Source: Eledone cirrhosa
Lineage: Eukaryota
Assembly (NCBI GenBank): GCA_964016885.1
Contig: OZ024744.1
Span: forward strand, 64,046,001 to 64,110,000
Reading direction: 5' to 3'
DNA length: 64,000 nt
Numbering within the stretch: the stretch's first letter is position 1; every line of letters starts with the position of its first letter. Below are positions 1 to 12,895 of the stretch, piece after piece. A model generated the notes under the pieces. That model saw only the letters and a list, made by a program, of their open reading frames with translations, ran no database searches and was not told the origin of the DNA. The translations under genes and the position numbers were made by a program.

Positions 1-18
1 GGCATGCAGCTATGTTAA

Positions 19-77
19 GACCGGAAGAGTGCTTGACCGGAAGGGTGCTTGGCCGGAAGGGTGCTCGACCGGAAGGG
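19..77 (+). repeat. ~16-bp tandem repeat (gaccggaagggtgctt) containing four CCGGAAG ETS-like motifs
   Basis: Directly visible tandem copies in a CpG-rich patch at the window start. Confidence 0.7.
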
Positions 78-189
78 CCAGCAGGTCGGCCTCTCTCTAG
101 CGGTGATCAGGAATGTGGTGGACACAAGTTTGGCAGCTCCCGGTGTTAATGAGTTGGATCGTAAGCACGTGGAAGAGGAGAAACCAGCC

Positions 190-218
190 ATGGGATTTAG
201 CGGCGCCTATGGAAAGCG
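190..218 (+). CDS. ENDOV: Candidate first coding exon of ENDOV (MGFSGAYGK-R)
   Basis: ATG in gccATGg context and a strong donor CG|GTAAGT at 219. Phase 2 joins exon 4136 in frame (..GKR|EEDIL..), resembling human WKR|EQ. It lies in LINE-tail-like sequence and lacks the conserved Trp, so it is uncertain. Confidence 0.35.
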
Positions 219-1044
219 GTAAGTGAGATAGCTTTTTCTAACCCATGCTAGCGTGGAAAGTGGATGTTAAACAAGGATGATGATGGTGATGATGATGATC
301 AACAACTAAAATTGGACCAACAGGGGTTCTCACAAGTGGAGCAATCGCTACTAAGTACTATCTCAGACTTGATAACTACTTCCAGCCAACAGGAACCAAT
401 ACTAATTATAATATTTGCAATAGACACTACAGCCATCATAATATGGCTTAGGATTCGCCTGTTGTAATGGAAAATATATAAATGCAGTGACATTCCTTGA
501 CATGGGAAAGAGCATATGCATTGTCAATCATGATGAATGCCATTTTGTATTGGTAATATTTTTATCGCTTATTTCAGACTTGTTTTAGACTGAGATTGGA
601 AAATAATTTCTTTAAGCCAGATAACTAACTGGTCATTCATATCACATGTGTAAGACACAAATGAAGATAGGAGACAGCAATGTATTGCAGAGTTCTCACT
701 TTAGACTTGAACTGCTAGCACCAACAGAAAACATTAAAAAAACATTCACATTCACTAGAAAACATGGTAAAAATCATGTGGTATGAAGAAAGCAAGTATG
801 AAGAAATTTCACAAAATACCAAAACAAGTAAAGCTGAAGGAACACGTTATTAGTCACTATGCCTAAGGAAGAACCCATTCAAACGACTACAGAGACCCCT
901 ATTAGTTAGCATAAGTTACAATACAAAGCCACAATAGGCAACTCAACTTCATACAGTACCAAACAAATAGTATTAAAAACTCAATGACAGAATTGAGAAC
1001 AAAAAACAAGAGTGAAGTATTCATATCGAATCCCCTAACATTGG

Positions 1045-1230
1045 GGGATTGGAAGTATCAGTAGAGGGCCGGATGCCATGCTTTGCAGCATAGAGTTACA
1101 CCCCTTTATGGTGTGAGTTCAAATCCCGCCGAGGTTCACTTTGCCTTTCATCCTTACGGGGTCGATAAAATAAAGTACCAGTAATGTACTGGGGTATTTG
1201 CTGGCCTTGTGCCAATAGTAGAAACAATTA
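1045..1230 (+). mobile_element. tRNA-derived SINE with Meta-like core
   Basis: B-box gagttcaaatcc followed by gcctttcatccttacggggtcgataaaataaagtaccag; further copies at ~17100-17240, 26850-26940, 48145-48310(-), 49678-49858, 54135-54350(-), 54875-55100(-). Confidence 0.75.
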
Positions 1231-1374
1231 TTTTGAACTATACAAAGACACAGGTAATTACATGGGCTATGGAAATCTCAAACTATCACATTCTATCACA
1301 TTCCTAACAAATGATTTCAAATAGTTCAACCAAATGTCACACTGGAGATGTACCTAACTAAATATAAATATCAT

Positions 1375-1690
1375 CATCACCATCATCATCATCATCACCA
1401 TCGTTTAACGTCTATCTTCCACGCTAGCATGGGTTAGACGGGAATTGTCCCACTTGAAGCAAGATTGGTCAGGTGACCGCGTCTCACTTGTATAGGACTG
1501 TATCTGACTGGTTTTCTACAGCTGGATGCCTTCCTAATACCAACCTCATTTACAGTGTGGTCTGGGAACCTTTTTACCGTGTCTCCTACACAACCACTTT
1601 ACAGTGTGGACTGGCTGCTTTTGTCGTGACACCTACGCAACCTCTTTAGTTTGGACTGGATGTTCTGTGGTACCAACATAACTTTACAGA
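1375..1690 (-). mobile_element. (GAT)n-tailed SINE / LINE-3'-end family with internal ~48-bp tandem motif
   Basis: ccatgctagc-tggaa...gacgttaaacgatgatgat tail plus ccactttacagtgtggactgg repeats; many copies (e.g. 6800-7100, 7520-7790, 13010-13270, 18800-19030, 31250-31660). Confidence 0.75.
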
Positions 1691-1799
1691 GAAAGGATGG
1701 TGTTGGTGGGAGTGGGAGAACGGAGTAGGGGTAGTGGGTTGGGTGTATATTTGGTTAAGAGGTGCCTACTGACTGTAGGTTTAACTTTGTACATAAGGA

Positions 1800-2910
1800 A
1801 AGGCGGGTCTTCTGTATTACTGCGTAGCACCAAAGCTCTCAATCCAGTGACATATTCTTAGAGAGGTTTAAGTGTCAGATTTTATCAGGTCGTCCCAGGT
1901 TTTTCTGGGTCTACCTACACCATAGCTTCCATCAATTTTTATCACCTGCACTTTTTTATACAGCTGTCATCTTTTGTGCGCATCACTTGACCATACCAAC
2001 GCAATCTTCTCTCAAGTAAATCTTCTCTCAAGTAAACAGCATTTGATCCCTCTTACTCCTAATTTCTCAGTTTGTTTATGTATATTACTATTATCCAATG
2101 CATGCTTCATTCCTTTCCAATCTGCACAGAATGCCCATGTCTCACTTCCATGTAACATTGCTGTTCGTATACAAGCATCATACAACCTTCCTTTCATTTT
2201 TAGAGAGAAACCTTTTGTGGACAACAGTGGTATTAGCTTTCTGAACTTTTTCAATCCCATTCTAACTCTGGTTACTGTACTTTCAGAGCACCCTCCACCA
2301 CTGCTGATTTTGTCACCCAGGTAATGGAAAGTGTCCACTATTTCTATAGAACCATCTGGGCAATAGAAGGAGCTAGTATCCTGTGGCCACTTGCTACGTA
2401 TTGCACCTGAGCATCGGCCACATATAAAATCTACATTCTTAGATAGCTTGCCTGCGATCCACTACATCTTTTATGTACCAATAGTTTGCATTTGGGGCAT
2501 AGAATGGAATTTCTACCTACTCCTTTCTTACACACTGAGCATGGCCATTTCCCAGAGAGCACCTGTGACCTATTTTCCTTTCTACATACTAGAACTTTAG
2601 TCTTAGACAAGTTAACTTTAAGGCCTTTTGATTCTAGGCCATGCTTTCATGTTTGGAATTTCTTCTCTAGTTCAGCCATAGATTTAGCTATGAGAGTTAG
2701 ATCATCTGCATATAGGAGTTCCCATGGGCAGCCGGTCTTAAACTCTTCTGTTATAGCCTGTAGGGCAATAATAAACAGTGTTAAACTAAGGACAGAGCCT
2801 TAACGAACACCTACTTTTACACTAAATTCTTCACTATATTCATTGTTAATTCTAACCTTGCTGACTGTTCCTGACTGGCTTGTATAGCTCTCACAAGCCA
2901 CTCATCTACT
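1800..2910 (-). mobile_element. RTE-clade LINE fragment (RT C-terminal half, degenerate)
   Basis: Translated segments ELLYADDL, FHYLGDKISSGGGCSES, LYDACIRTAMLHGSETWA; same family as 29002-30408. Confidence 0.9.
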
Positions 2911-4135
2911 AGTTTTCTACACTGACGAGATATGACTGAGACATATGACTGAGATATGACTGAGACATTGATGGGGGATACCCCAAAATGCACCATGAAC
3001 ACATTCGTTCTACATGACTGGAGAGAAATGCCAGACATTGTAAAACTGCCCAAGGGAGACACATATGTTCACAAATGGCATGATCATTCACTAAGAAAAC
3101 GATTAACAAATGTTTTCATACACGACAACTTGACGGTGATAGTATCATATTCAACTGAAGATCAGTATTTAAAGAAATATCTACAGACAAAGACATTACA
3201 TGGGATGGTTGCCTAGACATCTCCATGAGACCAAATTTCAGTACAGCCAACACAGATGCTCCTATCTTGGAGTGAATTTTAACAAAAAAGGGGAAAAAAA
3301 AATGAATTTTTCACAATCAACAATATATATTGTGTACTGGGTGCATTTTAACTTGGCACCAATACTAGGGAGGTTGTCATGTCTTTGACATGACTAAAAT
3401 GTCTTCTCAATCCTTTTTGGGTTTCTATGGCTTGATGCTCTTCATAATGCCAACTATTGTTGGTCATTGACTTGCCTGAAGAACCCTCTCTACCCTATGT
3501 GGGGTGGAATTGTCCTGTGTTTAGGGAAATGGAAGGGAACAAGTAAGAAGAATGATAAGTATGATGTCATGGATAAATTATAATTGGTAACTGAGAAGGG
3601 ACAAACGATGTCATGAGTGTAAAGAGGATGAAGTGAGGAAGAAAAGGGGTAGGAAAGTTTGTCATGGGTGTATGACAATTGTGGTGGAATTTGACAGGGT
3701 GATGTGAAGGAGTAAAGAAGTGGAGCTTATCTCATATAAAGTGGGAGCAGAGAGTGACTATGGTGATGATAAAGAGCTATGACTGGTGTGGTGGGATTTA
3801 ACAGGGTGAAGTAGAGAAGAGAGTAAGAGTGATCCTGGATAAAATGGGATGCTCAGTTGGGTCTACATTTGTAATTATATAGGAATAAAATATGAACATT
3901 GTCCAATTTGTCAATATATCTAGTAGTTTTCAGGTAGTTACACTGGAGTTTCTTTGGAGTTTTTACAAAAACTGGACATCTCCCTATCATCAACTATTCT
4001 GATAATTTGAGTGAGATTTATCTTTTTTTAAATATACAATACAAATTCTCAATTCTAATAACATTGTTAATAAATTAATCAAAATGTTTCATCTTATTTT
4101 AAAATATTTTATTTCACATCTTTTTTCTGTTTCAG

Positions 4136-4304
4136 AGAAGAGGATATACTAAGAGAAAAACTAATTTTGGAGGATGATGGGATACTTGAGGAAATCAGGA
4201 AAAATAAGAATGGTTCTTATTATATTGGAGGTGTTGACGTTTCATTCCAAGATAATGGAAAAGCATGCATAGCTCTCGCTGTTATAAGATTTCCAGATTT
4301 AGAG
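4136..4304 (+). CDS. ENDOV: Endonuclease V exon (EEDILREKL...YIGGVDVSF...FPDLE)
   Basis: ttcag acceptor and gtaatt donor; GGVDVSF motif with the first catalytic Asp, matching human ENDOV GGVDVSF...FPELE. Confidence 0.95.
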
Positions 4305-4556
4305 GTAATTTCAGTCTAGAAATTTCCGCATTCTGACAAAAGTATCTCATTATTCCACATTTTTACAAAAATATCTCATATTCCACCCTTTATGAGGGTG
4401 GTGGATTAGCAATAATGGTAGAGCGTTGAACACCATGCTTTGTGGCATAGAGTTACAGCCCTTTCTGTATTCAAATCCTGCCAAGGTTAGCTTTGTCTTT
4501 CATTCTTCTTAAAAGCCCTTTTAAAAACCTATAATCAAAGGCATTTCCAGACCTAT

Positions 4557-5005
4557 CTAGGGCGGGTAAAATTTCCGAGGGCGGATAAAATTCCTGAGAT
4601 CCATGGACGAGTTCTCTCCGGCGGTCTCTGTCCCTCATTATCGCTGCCATGTCCTGCGTCTCCAACAGACCAGTGTCTGTCCTTAGGGCATCAACATACG
4701 TTAACCTTGGTCTTCCTCTTCCAGTGTGCCCATGTAGGGGCTCCCACAGGAGCACTGAGTGCAATGTCAACTCTGGATGTCGGTGAGCATGTCCGGCTAA
4801 CCTCAGTCTCCTCTGTGTCACTTTTGAGCTGACTTTTGGGAGGCTCCCATACAGCTCTGAGTTTTTCATCCTCAGTGAATACTGATTAATGTTCAGAGCC
4901 ATCCTCAGCATTCTCATGTAGCACCCATCCACCATCTGAGTGAGTTTCTTGGTCAGTGTCCAAGTCTCAGACCCGTACAGCAGCACAGACTGCACTACAG
5001 ACCTG
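4557..5005 (-). mobile_element. RTE-clade LINE 3' fragment (second family)
   Basis: ORF 4471-5055: VLLYGSETWTL...RRLRLAGHAHRH...GRGRPRLTYVD, a typical RTE C-terminus. Confidence 0.9.
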
Positions 5006-6297
5006 CCAACCTCTAAAAGCCCAAATAGGGAGTACCATGAAAAAAAGTGCCCCACAATGGGGAGATTTTACATAATGAAAGTTATACCCATTTTCACAAG
5101 AAAAGACATCTCTCACCCACCCCAAAGTGGGTGGGTGATCTCCCCGCCGGATGGAGAGAGTTGACAGATCTGCATTCCAGTCATGACTATCCTGTCTTCT
5201 GTATATCTATAACTAAAATTATCCAATACCATACATTCCTACATGCTTTCCTCCCTTCTTAAAAAGAGGAAAAATCAAATAGTTTCAGTGAGGAGAGGTA
5301 AAAATTGTACACATGATCTTCATAAACCCTCCCTGATTGGTTAGATTGATGTGGTTGATGCTTAATTTGAACAGTTGCAAATGAAAACCTGTAGAAAAAA
5401 GTAACGATATAACAAAGGAGCCTTTATGTAGTCACTTGACCTTCTAGAAATAGCAACCAAATGTTTCCCAAATAATACCCTACTGTCTGGCCATTGGGTG
5501 TCTTTAACAGGCTTAAATCTGTTGCGAGCATTTGGCACAGGTCTCTGGTTTCAGAATAACTTTTTTTTTCCCTCCTATTTGCCTCAGAGGCTCTGAAAAA
5601 CAAAAGTGTTATAAGCACTGCTTGTCCCTCCTTCATTAACTCATTATCCACTTCATTATAATCATTTTACGTCTGTTTTTCATATTGGCAAGGGCTAAAC
5701 AGTTGTCATGGTTTGAGACTAGACTGGTCAGAGGAACACATCTTGCTTATATATTCCATATTTAGGCATGGTTTCTACAGCTGTACATTCTTCATAATGC
5801 CAGTCACTTGCAGAGTGTACTGGGTGTATTTTATCATGGCATCTGTTCTAGAGAGGTTGTCATATTTTCAGCCAAACTGAAGAATCCCCTCTATCCTATA
5901 TTGCCTTTGTTCCATCACTAACCATTTTACAGAGGCATCATCACTAGAAAGGTTCTCAGGTACCCCTCATGTACAGAGGGTTCTCCCTACTCTATATTGT
6001 CTTGATCATTTTAGGAAGTCTGAAGGCACCTCTCATAACATTTACTTGTAGCATCACAGTGCTTGTACTATTGGCTGGGTATTTTGTATTATGGCATATC
6101 ACCATAATTATAGAAAAGGTAAAAAAAAGAGTAAAAATCGTCATGAGTCAAAATAAAAGAGTAGAGTAGTCATGCCTGGAATGCATGGGTCTACATGATT
6201 GAAGCTCTTCTGGCACTAAACAGCAATGTAGATGGAGAATATATTTGTGGCTTTCTGTTAGAAACCAATATGACTTAACTTTTGTGTATTTCTTCAG

Positions 6298-6432
6298 GTT
6301 GTATACACCAAATACAAGCATTTTGACAGCCTTCTAGAATATATACCAAGTTTCCTTGCTTTCCGCGAAGGTCCTTGTGTTAGAAGTCTTTTCGATGATA
6401 TGAAACAAGAAAATGTTCCCTTCTTCCCACAT
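6298..6432 (+). CDS. ENDOV: Endonuclease V exon (VVYTKYK...EYIPSFLAFREGP...FFPH)
   Basis: ttcag/gtaagt sites; 135 nt, phase 0-0; wedge motif YIPxFLAFRE with the catalytic Glu. Confidence 0.96.
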
Positions 6433-6517
6433 GTAAGTTAAAAATAATTTTAAAAAACTATTTTGTGATGTTTTATATATATAAAATATATATTTTGTGA
6501 TGTTTTATATATATACA

Positions 6518-6786
6518 CTGTATGGGAGCCTCCCAAAAGTCAGCTCAAAAGTGACACAGAGGTTAGCTGGACATGCTCACCGACATCCAGAGTTGACATT
6601 GCACTCAGTGCTCCTGTGGGAGCCCCTTCATGGACACACTGGAAGAGGAAGACCAAGGTTAACATATGTTGATGCCCTAAGGAAGACACTGGTCTGTTGG
6701 AGACGCAGGACATGGCAGTGATAATGAGGGACAGAGACCGCTGGAGAGAACTCGTCCATGGATCTCAGGAATTTTACCCACCCTAG
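6518..6786 (+). mobile_element. Inverted near-identical copy of the RTE 3' fragment at 4557-4854
   Basis: Reverse-complement match along ~270 bp with few substitutions and a short deletion. Confidence 0.92.
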
Positions 6787-7784
6787 ATATATATAAGGTA
6801 GTTGTACTGGTGACACAACAAAAAGCACCCAGTCAACTCTGCAAGGTGGTCGTACTGGTGACACGATGAAAAAGCACCTAGACCACCCTATTAGATGGTC
6901 GTTTAGGTGCCATGATAAAAAGCACCCAGTCCACATTATAATGTGGTTGGTGTTAGGAAGGGCATCCAACTGTAAAAACCAAGCCAGAAACAGTTCCCTA
7001 TAAGCAAGACAGTCACCTGACCTAACTTGTCACATAACATGACAACCTGTGTAACCCATGCAAATATGCAAAATAGACATTAAATGAAATTATGAGGATG
7101 ATATATATATATGGACATGTGATGCGTATGAGGGATGACAGCTGTATAAAAAGGCGCAGGGTGCTCAAAGTTGATGGAAGCCATAGAGTGGGAAGATCCA
7201 GGAAGACTTGAGATAAAGTGATAAAAACTGATCTTGCACAATTGCACCTGTCAAAGGCAATGACACAGGACCGAGATCTCTGGCATTATGCAGTAATACT
7301 GAAGACCTGACTTCCCATAAGCACAAGCTGAAGCATACATACAGTAGGCACCACCTTCACCTCCACCCACCTTCCATACACTTCCCATGAGCACAGGCTG
7401 TGCACCACCTTCACCTCCATCTCCTCCTTCCATACACCTCTCACGTCCTAACACTTCACCCCCTCACACACGCCCATATACCCACCTCCCCAATCCCCAC
7501 ACACCTCCCATCAAAGTCTCCAGCCCACACTGTAAAGTGGTCATATAGGTGACACAACAAAAAGCCCTCAGCCCACACTGTAAAGTGGTTGTGTAGGTGT
7601 CACTTCAAAAAGCACCTAGTATTCACTGTAAATGTAGTTGGCATTAGGAAGAGTATCCAGCTGTAGAAACGAAGCCCAAATCAGTTCTATATGAGCTAGA
7701 CATGGTCACCTGACCTTGCCTATTTCACAACAGGACAACTTGTTTAACACACGCTAGCATGGAAAAATAGATGTTAAACAGTGA

Positions 7785-9025
7785 TGATGAAAAGACCTTT
7801 GACACAGTACCTTGATCTATTATCTGGTGGTCCTTAAGAAAATTAGGTGTAGAAGAATGGTTGGTGAGACCAGTGCAAGCCATGTACAGAGGAGCTGTCA
7901 ACAAAGTGAGAGTAGGAAATGAGTTTAGTGAGGAATTCAAGGTACAAGTAGGAGTTCATCAAGGTTTGGTTCTTACCCACTAATATTCATTATACTCTGG
8001 AGGACTATAATGAATATAACAGAGGAGTTTAAGACTGGTTGCCCATGGAAACTTCTCTATGCAGATGATTTGGCCCTTATAGCTGAATCCATTAAAGAAC
8101 TAGTAAATAAGTTCCGACTATGGAAACAAAGTTTGGAATCAAAAGGTCTAAGAGTAAAGTTAGCCAAAACTAAAGTGCTAGTCAGGGAAGTGGTCTTGCG
8201 TCCTGCTCAATGTGTAGAAAGGGAGTAGGAATAAACTCCATATGATGTACACAATGTAAATCTTGGGTACACAAGATATGTAGTGGGATAACGGCTAGGC
8301 TAACAAGAAGGAAAGATTTTGTATGTAGTAGATGCACAGGAGTAATTGAGGGGGAAGATCACCAATGATATAATCCTTTTCTAGTCACAGGAACGATCTA
8401 TAGAAGAGGTTGATAGCTTCTGCTATCTAAGGGACATAATTGGCAATGGAGGAGGGTACACTGAGTGAATAATAGCAAGAATATGGATAGGGTGGAGGAA
8501 GTTCAGAGAGCTACACCCACTGTTGACCACAAAAGGTTTCTCCCTACATACATAAGGACAATTGTATGACACCTGTGTGCAAAGTGCAATGCTCCATGGT
8601 AGTAAAACATTGGCTGTGACTGCAGAGGATATGTATAGATTGGAGAGAAATAAAACAGCCATGCTTTGTCGGATATATAATGTACGTTTGAGAGAAAGGC
8701 AGAGCTTGGACGAATTAAGGGAGAAGCTGGGTTTAAGAGGAATCCGGGGTGGTGTGCAGGAGAGAAGACTGTGTTAGTTTGGACATGTGGTGCACATTAA
8801 CAATGATCGCTGGGTGAAGAAGTGCCAGGAAATCTCGGTGGAAGGAAGTTGTAGTAGAGGTAGACCAAGAAAGACCTGGGCAGAGATTGTGAGAGCTGAC
8901 TTCAAATCGCTGAGACTCACAGATGAAGAAATGTGGCGAGTGGAGAGATGCCTTACTGAGAAGGACCCATCCAACCTATGCAAGTGTGGAAAATTGGATG
9001 TAGAAACAATGATGATGAAGATGAT
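7785..9025 (+). mobile_element. RTE-clade LINE fragment (RT to 3' tail, degenerate)
   Basis: LLYADDLAL, AMLHGSKT, SRGRPRKTW segments and a gatgatga tail. Confidence 0.9.
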
Positions 9026-9506
9026 ATATGTAAATTTATATAATAAAAGGAATTCCAACTTAGATTATCACATCTTTATTTTAGACATAGTGTATCTAAG
9101 ACTATATTATCCAATGTGTCTTTTCTTTTTTTTTTTTAATTAAAGGAGATTTGGCTGCTATGTCTAGCAGCTCAACTCTCCATAGCCCCTCCCCATTCTC
9201 CAATGGCTTGCTTACATTACAGTTGTTTTAAATACAAAAAAAAATGGTTTGGCAGTATTTTCTTGTTTGTTGTATTGTTAAAAATCACTATGACTCATTG
9301 ATGAGAACTGGGGGAGATTTGGCTGCTTTCTCCAGCAGTTTGAGTGACTACAAAAGTTCTTACATTGCCTTGTATACATATATGTCTTAGAGATACTGCT
9401 TTAGGGTCGTCATTTTGCACCAAATTCCACATACACTGTAACAACAACAACTAACAAAAGTAGTTACAAGATTTGTTTAAAAGTTTCATTATATTTTCTT
9501 CAACAG

Positions 9507-9546
9507 GTTCTTATGATTGATGGAAATGGTATTTTTCATCCAAGAG
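9507..9546 (+). CDS. ENDOV: Endonuclease V exon (VLMIDGNGIFHPR)
   Basis: caacag/gtaag sites; DGNG..HPR motif. Confidence 0.95.
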
Positions 9547-10237
9547 GTAAGAACAAATTGTCTGGAAACATTGAATCTACCAATTATTCTTGATTACAAT
9601 TATTAATTATCTCCATGAATTACTTTTTCATTTCCAAATCAGAAAGTTTTCATTACCATATTTCTAATGAAAGATACACTTTGTGATTTTCAAGTAATAT
9701 TGAAAATAATTAAGAATTCAGGAGGATTTAGTAATATGATTAACTTTCTTGGTATTAAGTTGGTATCTGGTACATAATGTAACCTTTTTGTTACCATATT
9801 TCTAATAAAATAAAGAATTTAGACATAGACAAAATTTAATATTTCATTTCTAAGATAAATGGTTCTTATATAAAATTTATGTTGGAAAATTTCAATTTAA
9901 ATAGGAATCCATTAAAATAGGTGGGTTTTTTTTTCCATAGATCTAGAGCCAATTTTAGGCAGGTTGGTATCAAAAGGGTTAGTAAAGGTTCTTACATAAA
10001 ATGAAGATGGAAGGATTTCAGATAAATTTAAACCTATTAAATAAGTTTGAATCATAAAGCAGGGTGATTTGGTGGGGAGGGGGTATCAAAAAGGTTATGT
10101 GGGTGAATGAGAAAACTTTCCTTGAACGAGAATTGAAATCTTCGTTACAAGCCAATGAATCTTTTAGTTACAAACCCTCCCAAAACTGCCTCTGGTTCTA
10201 TGAAATAATGTTGGTAGTGGTGGTTGCGGTGATAGTG

Positions 10238-10292
<55 letters not shown>

Positions 10293-10377
10293 ATTTAACC
10301 ATTCTAGTTTTTTTATCTAGTTGTTCCAGCCAACTATAATATTCTTTGCAGTAATCATCTCTCTCTCTGATTTTCAG

Positions 10378-10490
10378 ATATTGGCTTAGCTTGCCATGTT
10401 GGAATTGACTTGGATATACCCTGTATAGGTGTTGCTAAATCTCTTTATGTATGCCATGGAATTCAAAGAGATGACCATTTTCACAGAAAG
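10378..10490 (+). CDS. ENDOV: Endonuclease V exon (DIGLACHVGIDLDIPCIGVAKSLY...HRK)
   Basis: ttttcag acceptor and gtttgg donor; GxACHxG and PCIGVAK motifs; frame continuous with flanking exons. Confidence 0.95.
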
Positions 10491-10839
10491 GTTTGGCCTC
10501 TTTAACCCTTTTGTTACCATGTTTCCAATTAAAGATACTTTTTTACTCTTTAACCTATTCCAGCCATCAGGCTGAGGCCATGCTGGGGCACCTATGCCTA
10601 TCATTTTCAAATAATTTTGAAAATAATCAAAAATTTGGAGGGATTTAATAACATAACTAACTTTGTAATTATTAAGATTGTGTTTGGAACATAACTTAAC
10701 AACAGTTCTTATATAAAATTTTGATGGAGTTTCTCTGGTGGGACTCAATAGGGTGCATAGTTCAGATATCAGAGCATCACTCTGCAAAGCCACTACTTCT
10801 CTGAATTGAGAGATCACAGCTCTGATACATGTGGTTAAG

Positions 10840-11700
10840 TTAGAATTGCTGGGCTAATTTTACAGGCAAAGCCAAATGGCAAGAGACCCTGAAGTAGACA
10901 ATGAGTAGATCATAAAGTTTTGCTGGATGCTTTTCTGATAAATTTCTGGCTAATTTTCTCAAACCCTTTTCATAATAAGCAGATGTTACTTTTTTTCTTC
11001 CTTCTAAGAAGTCAGCTAACAAAATGCCTTTAGTATCCCAAAAGACATTTCCTCCTGAATGCTTCATTTTTGCTTTAACCAGACCCTTTCTACCTTTGGG
11101 TAACCATTGCTTTAACTGAGATTTGTCTTTGGAGTCGTACTGGTAAAGCCATGTTTCATCTCTGGCCACAATTTGCCTTAGAAAGCCTTCTGGATTTTGA
11201 TCCTATTTGTTTAAAATTTGTAAAGAAAGCTTTGCTCTTGTTTGTTGTTGATCCAGGCACAACAGTCTTGGCACCCAGTGGGCAGAAAGTTTGCTCAGCT
11301 TTAATTTATCACTTAAAATTGTGTGAACTGAACCAACTGAGATGCCTTTTGCTGTTAATCATCGGTCTCCATCAATTAAATCTGAAACAGCATCAATTCT
11401 TTTTTTCTTCATAAACTGATGTTCATCGACTGCTGGTCTGTTCATCATCTTGAACTCTGTCTCATCAGAAATGAGTTATCCATTTGTAAATTGCTGATTT
11501 TTTAAAAACAAAGTATGTCCATAAACATTTCTCAAAGCTTCAATAATGTCTCTTTTCTTTCAACCAAGTTTTACCATAAATTTGATGTTAGTTGTTGCTT
11601 CAGTTTTGACAGAACACGTTACTTTAAGTGTGGATGTATTTAAAATGGCATAAATTTCAATCTATTGGTTCAAATTACATCTGGATCAGTCATAGAGAAA
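10840..11700 (-). mobile_element. Mariner-family transposase relic
   Basis: DETWLYQYD...QW and VFWDTKGILLADFLE...TSAYY motifs of mariner transposases; upstream part degenerate. Confidence 0.88.
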
Positions 11701-12019
11701 GTATTTAATAACATTTTCCTTTTTTTCTGTTAAAGCAAAAATAATGCGTACAATAGTTGAAATGATTGCAAATAGTTATAAATATTGTTTTTATATATTG
11801 GGATGGAAGCAGGAAATAACATTACAAATCGTTTGCAATTCTTTCAGAATGAAAATATAACCAACATATAAATAAATTTACAGTAGAATAACAAAACAAA
11901 TATGTTTTAAATATATACATAAATAACATTACAAATGCTTAGATAACATTATAAATTGCTCGCGATTCTTTCAGAAAGATATGTTCTTTTAATGTTACAA
12001 TATTAAAGGAATTGTAAAG

Positions 12020-12895
12020 GAAGGGGTGAACAACCAAGCCAACACCAGAGCAGTACTGGGCAACCTCTCTAATGATTTTTGAGGCAAGCCAGCACACTTG
12101 CAGCGTTGCTTCGGGTGATGGCGAGACCTATGTGCTGAAACAGCCAAGTGCCCTCGTGAGATTCGCAATTAACTCTATTAGGCAAGCCGCCAGTGAAGAG
12201 AGGAACCTCGCAGTCAGCGGCCCGACTCTCCCAAACTTCTCAAAAGCCACAGCTTGAAAAATGTAGTTGGCCGACAGATCAGAGTATTTGAGGGTCTTAC
12301 TCCGCTCGGCTGCAGAAGCTGTGGCTCTCGTCCTAACCGCAGCAACCAGGATGTGGGAAAGAGCAAAAGAGTCACTAACAGTGACGTCCCAGACAAGGCA
12401 CCTGCCTCTCGACCAGGGGCACAGGGTAAGGCTGTCATTTCTGGTCAACCCAGATGGTTCCAAGACTGAGAGGATATTCGCCCGGGCCAAAGCTCTCTTC
12501 AGAATGAGGTTTAGCTCCGTATGACGCACGAAGCGGCCGGCATTCAGGCGGCAAGAAAGACCGCGGAGGCCTGTGGAGTCGAGGAGTTTGCCGCATCGGC
12601 ACCTCAAACCCATGCAGACGTCAGCTCCCACTCTGAGGGCGATGGAGACATAAAATTCGTCCAGGCTGAGTAGGCCACCAACGTTGGCCATGGGTAGGGC
12701 ATCGACCCAGTCACCTGAGTATTTGGCACTGGCAGATAGTAAGCGGCACCTTGCAAACTGATCTGACTGGACGAAGAGGGAGTCAAAGGTAGCCTTCGAA
12801 CTTATGCTGTCCCAAGTTCTCTGACTTCGACTGTCCGTCACCTTCTCAGGAAGAGACAAGCCCAACTCACTCCATTGTTGGAGAGCTTCACCCAA
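12020..12895 (-). mobile_element. CRE-like non-LTR retrotransposon 3' part (CCHC knuckle plus restriction-like endonuclease)
   Basis: ORF 12128-12895: CRCG...LSC, RHTELN, LEP, WDVT, AExSKxxKY, as in RLE-type LINEs. Confidence 0.85.

Noticed and set aside
2910-3280. Separate gene in short ORFs (..KTLHG..)
   Set aside because: Frameshifted fragments without splice support; more likely a decayed RLE-type LINE piece, but too weak to call.
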